This document shows positions 16,017-17,265 of a stretch of 17,265 nucleotides of DNA, one piece after another. Within the stretch, counting starts at the first letter, position 1. Every line of letters begins with the position of its first letter. Under the pieces are notes generated by a model. It did not search any database and was not told where the DNA came from. It saw only the letters and a list, made by a program, of their open reading frames with translations. The stretch comes from Candidatus Thorarchaeota archaeon (GTDB lineage Archaea > Asgardarchaeota > Thorarchaeia > Thorarchaeales > Thorarchaeaceae): positions 1 to 17,265 of the forward strand of contig JAOUFI010000049.1 of the NCBI GenBank assembly GCA_029858305.1. Reading direction: 5' to 3'. The position numbers were made by a program, and so were the translations under genes.

Positions 16017-16858
16017 ATGGAAATAGCTGAGATTTCAAAATACAATCTCGCATTCTTGCGCTCCTTTTTTCAACCACTCCGCTTTACCATTGCAGTAGAG
16101 GCAATTCTTGAGGGATCATCGCACGGAGCCATATGGATGGATAATCTTACTCATCCGACCCTTGTTGTATTATGGGATTTTGCGGATGGGATTTATATCG
16201 TGAGCCAAGAAAAAGACAAGAAACATCTGAATGGTATAAATTCCTTATTCCAACAAACAATAATTCCTGAGGTAGAGAAACGCGACGAAGTCCCGTTGTT
16301 TGTTGTTTATATTTCACCCGTATTCAATGAAAATGAAATTCGTTCGATTTTTGGTCCAGAATGGGATGTATCAAAAGAGAAAGCCTCATTCTATGAATTT
16401 CCTTTGGTAGAATTTCCTTCAGAAAAGCAACTGCATGAATTGCCTCCATCATTAGAAGGCAACTTAATGGATATGGATTTGTTCCAAGATTCATCAATCC
16501 AATATATCGATGTCTTACGTGAGGAAATTGAGTCTGATTGGGATTCCATTGAGAACTTTCTTACACACAGCTTCGGCTATTATATTAGAGATCTGGATAG
16601 AAATTCATTGGCATCATGGGTTATTGTAGGCAAAATTGCGCAATCGTGTGCAGAGTTAGGAATTAAAACAGTTGAACAATATCAGCGTCAAGGATTAGGG
16701 CAATTTGCAGCCCAAGAGTTAATCAAATACACTCTTGAGCGAGAATTGGTACCACACTGGTATTGCTTCCAGAATAATGTCCTTTCTGCTAACATGGTAA
16801 AAAACTAGGATTTCAAAAAAAAAGAGATTTTGAAGCTACTGCAATCAAAAGACTATGA
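16017..16858 (+). CDS. GNAT-family acetyltransferase, frameshifted near its C-terminus (frame 0 stops at 16808)
   Basis: AELGIKTVEQYQRQGLG acetyl-CoA motif and PHWYC..NN..S. The conserved KLGF tail continues in the -1 frame (LGFQKKRDFEATAIKRL*, stop 16856-16858). Confidence 0.82.
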
Positions 16859-16878
16859 TGGAAGGTTCTTTGGCATAT

Positions 16879-17265
16879 TCATTCAAATCCAATGTCATTA
16901 AAGAGGAAAGACAGCCCCCCTTTCTCAATTAGGTGATACATCTTCTTTGCAACTTCATGAATCTCGAAATCTGCTTCATGTTTTGCTCGCAGATTGAAGA
17001 AATTACGAAGAGACCTAGCATTAATTGTCATAATCATATCCGTGCGAGCATCCTGCGTAAGACGACGACGTGCCACATCAACATCATATCCTTTTGCTAG
17101 CCATTTGTTGTACATACCTATGGTTGTTTCAATATCTCGCAACCACTCATCAAGATCATTCTCCTTTATCTGAGGAGGGACGACAAAATCGCTGACTGAG
17201 AGATCTCTCTTTTTTCTCAGGCTCATTTGAGTGTACGACGCCATTCTGTGCCGAACCTGCTGATG
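16879..17265 (-). CDS. thyX: FAD-dependent thymidylate synthase ThyX, 5' end beyond the window
   Basis: The frame is open from 17265: HQQVRHRMASYTQMSLR contains the ThyX motif RHRx7S, followed by NARSLRNFFNLR....A.FEI. Confidence 0.88.
   Translation of the reverse strand, partial: HQQVRHRMASYTQMSLRKKRDLSVSDFVVPPQIKENDLDEWLRDIETTIGMYNKWLAKGYDVDVARRRLTQDARTDMIMTINARSLRNFFNLRAKHEADFEIHEVAKKMYHLIEKGGLSFLFNDIGFE

Noticed and set aside
1-17265. CRISPR arrays, tRNA/rRNA genes, transposases or integrases
   Set aside because: None seen by eye. Intergenic gaps are short and lack periodic repeats or cloverleaf motifs.

Overview
Archaeal chromosomal window, most consistent with an Asgard archaeon (Thorarchaeia-like). 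That assignment is inferred from a Rab-like GTPase, a NosD/CASH surface protein, archaeal ior/por operons and TTG/GTG starts. Left to right: truncated DHH phosphoesterase (-), iorAB, a protein with two copies of a six-Cys domain, a 771-aa cytoplasmic fusion (seven-blade FG-GAP-type beta-propeller, Ig/appendage-like domain, acidic linker, Rab-like GTPase), a NitT/TauT ABC transporter whose ATPase gene is inverted, an Alba/SpoVS-like protein, a metal-binding membrane protein, a NosD-like surface protein, porGDAB, an AT-rich membrane-protein gene bracketed by a diverged duplicate of the porB 3' end, a GNAT gene broken at an A_AAA_AAC slippery site, and truncated thyX (-). The most interesting element is the coat-like (BBSome/KICSTOR-like) propeller-appendage-Rab fusion. 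All family calls come from motif recognition by eye; no searches were run.
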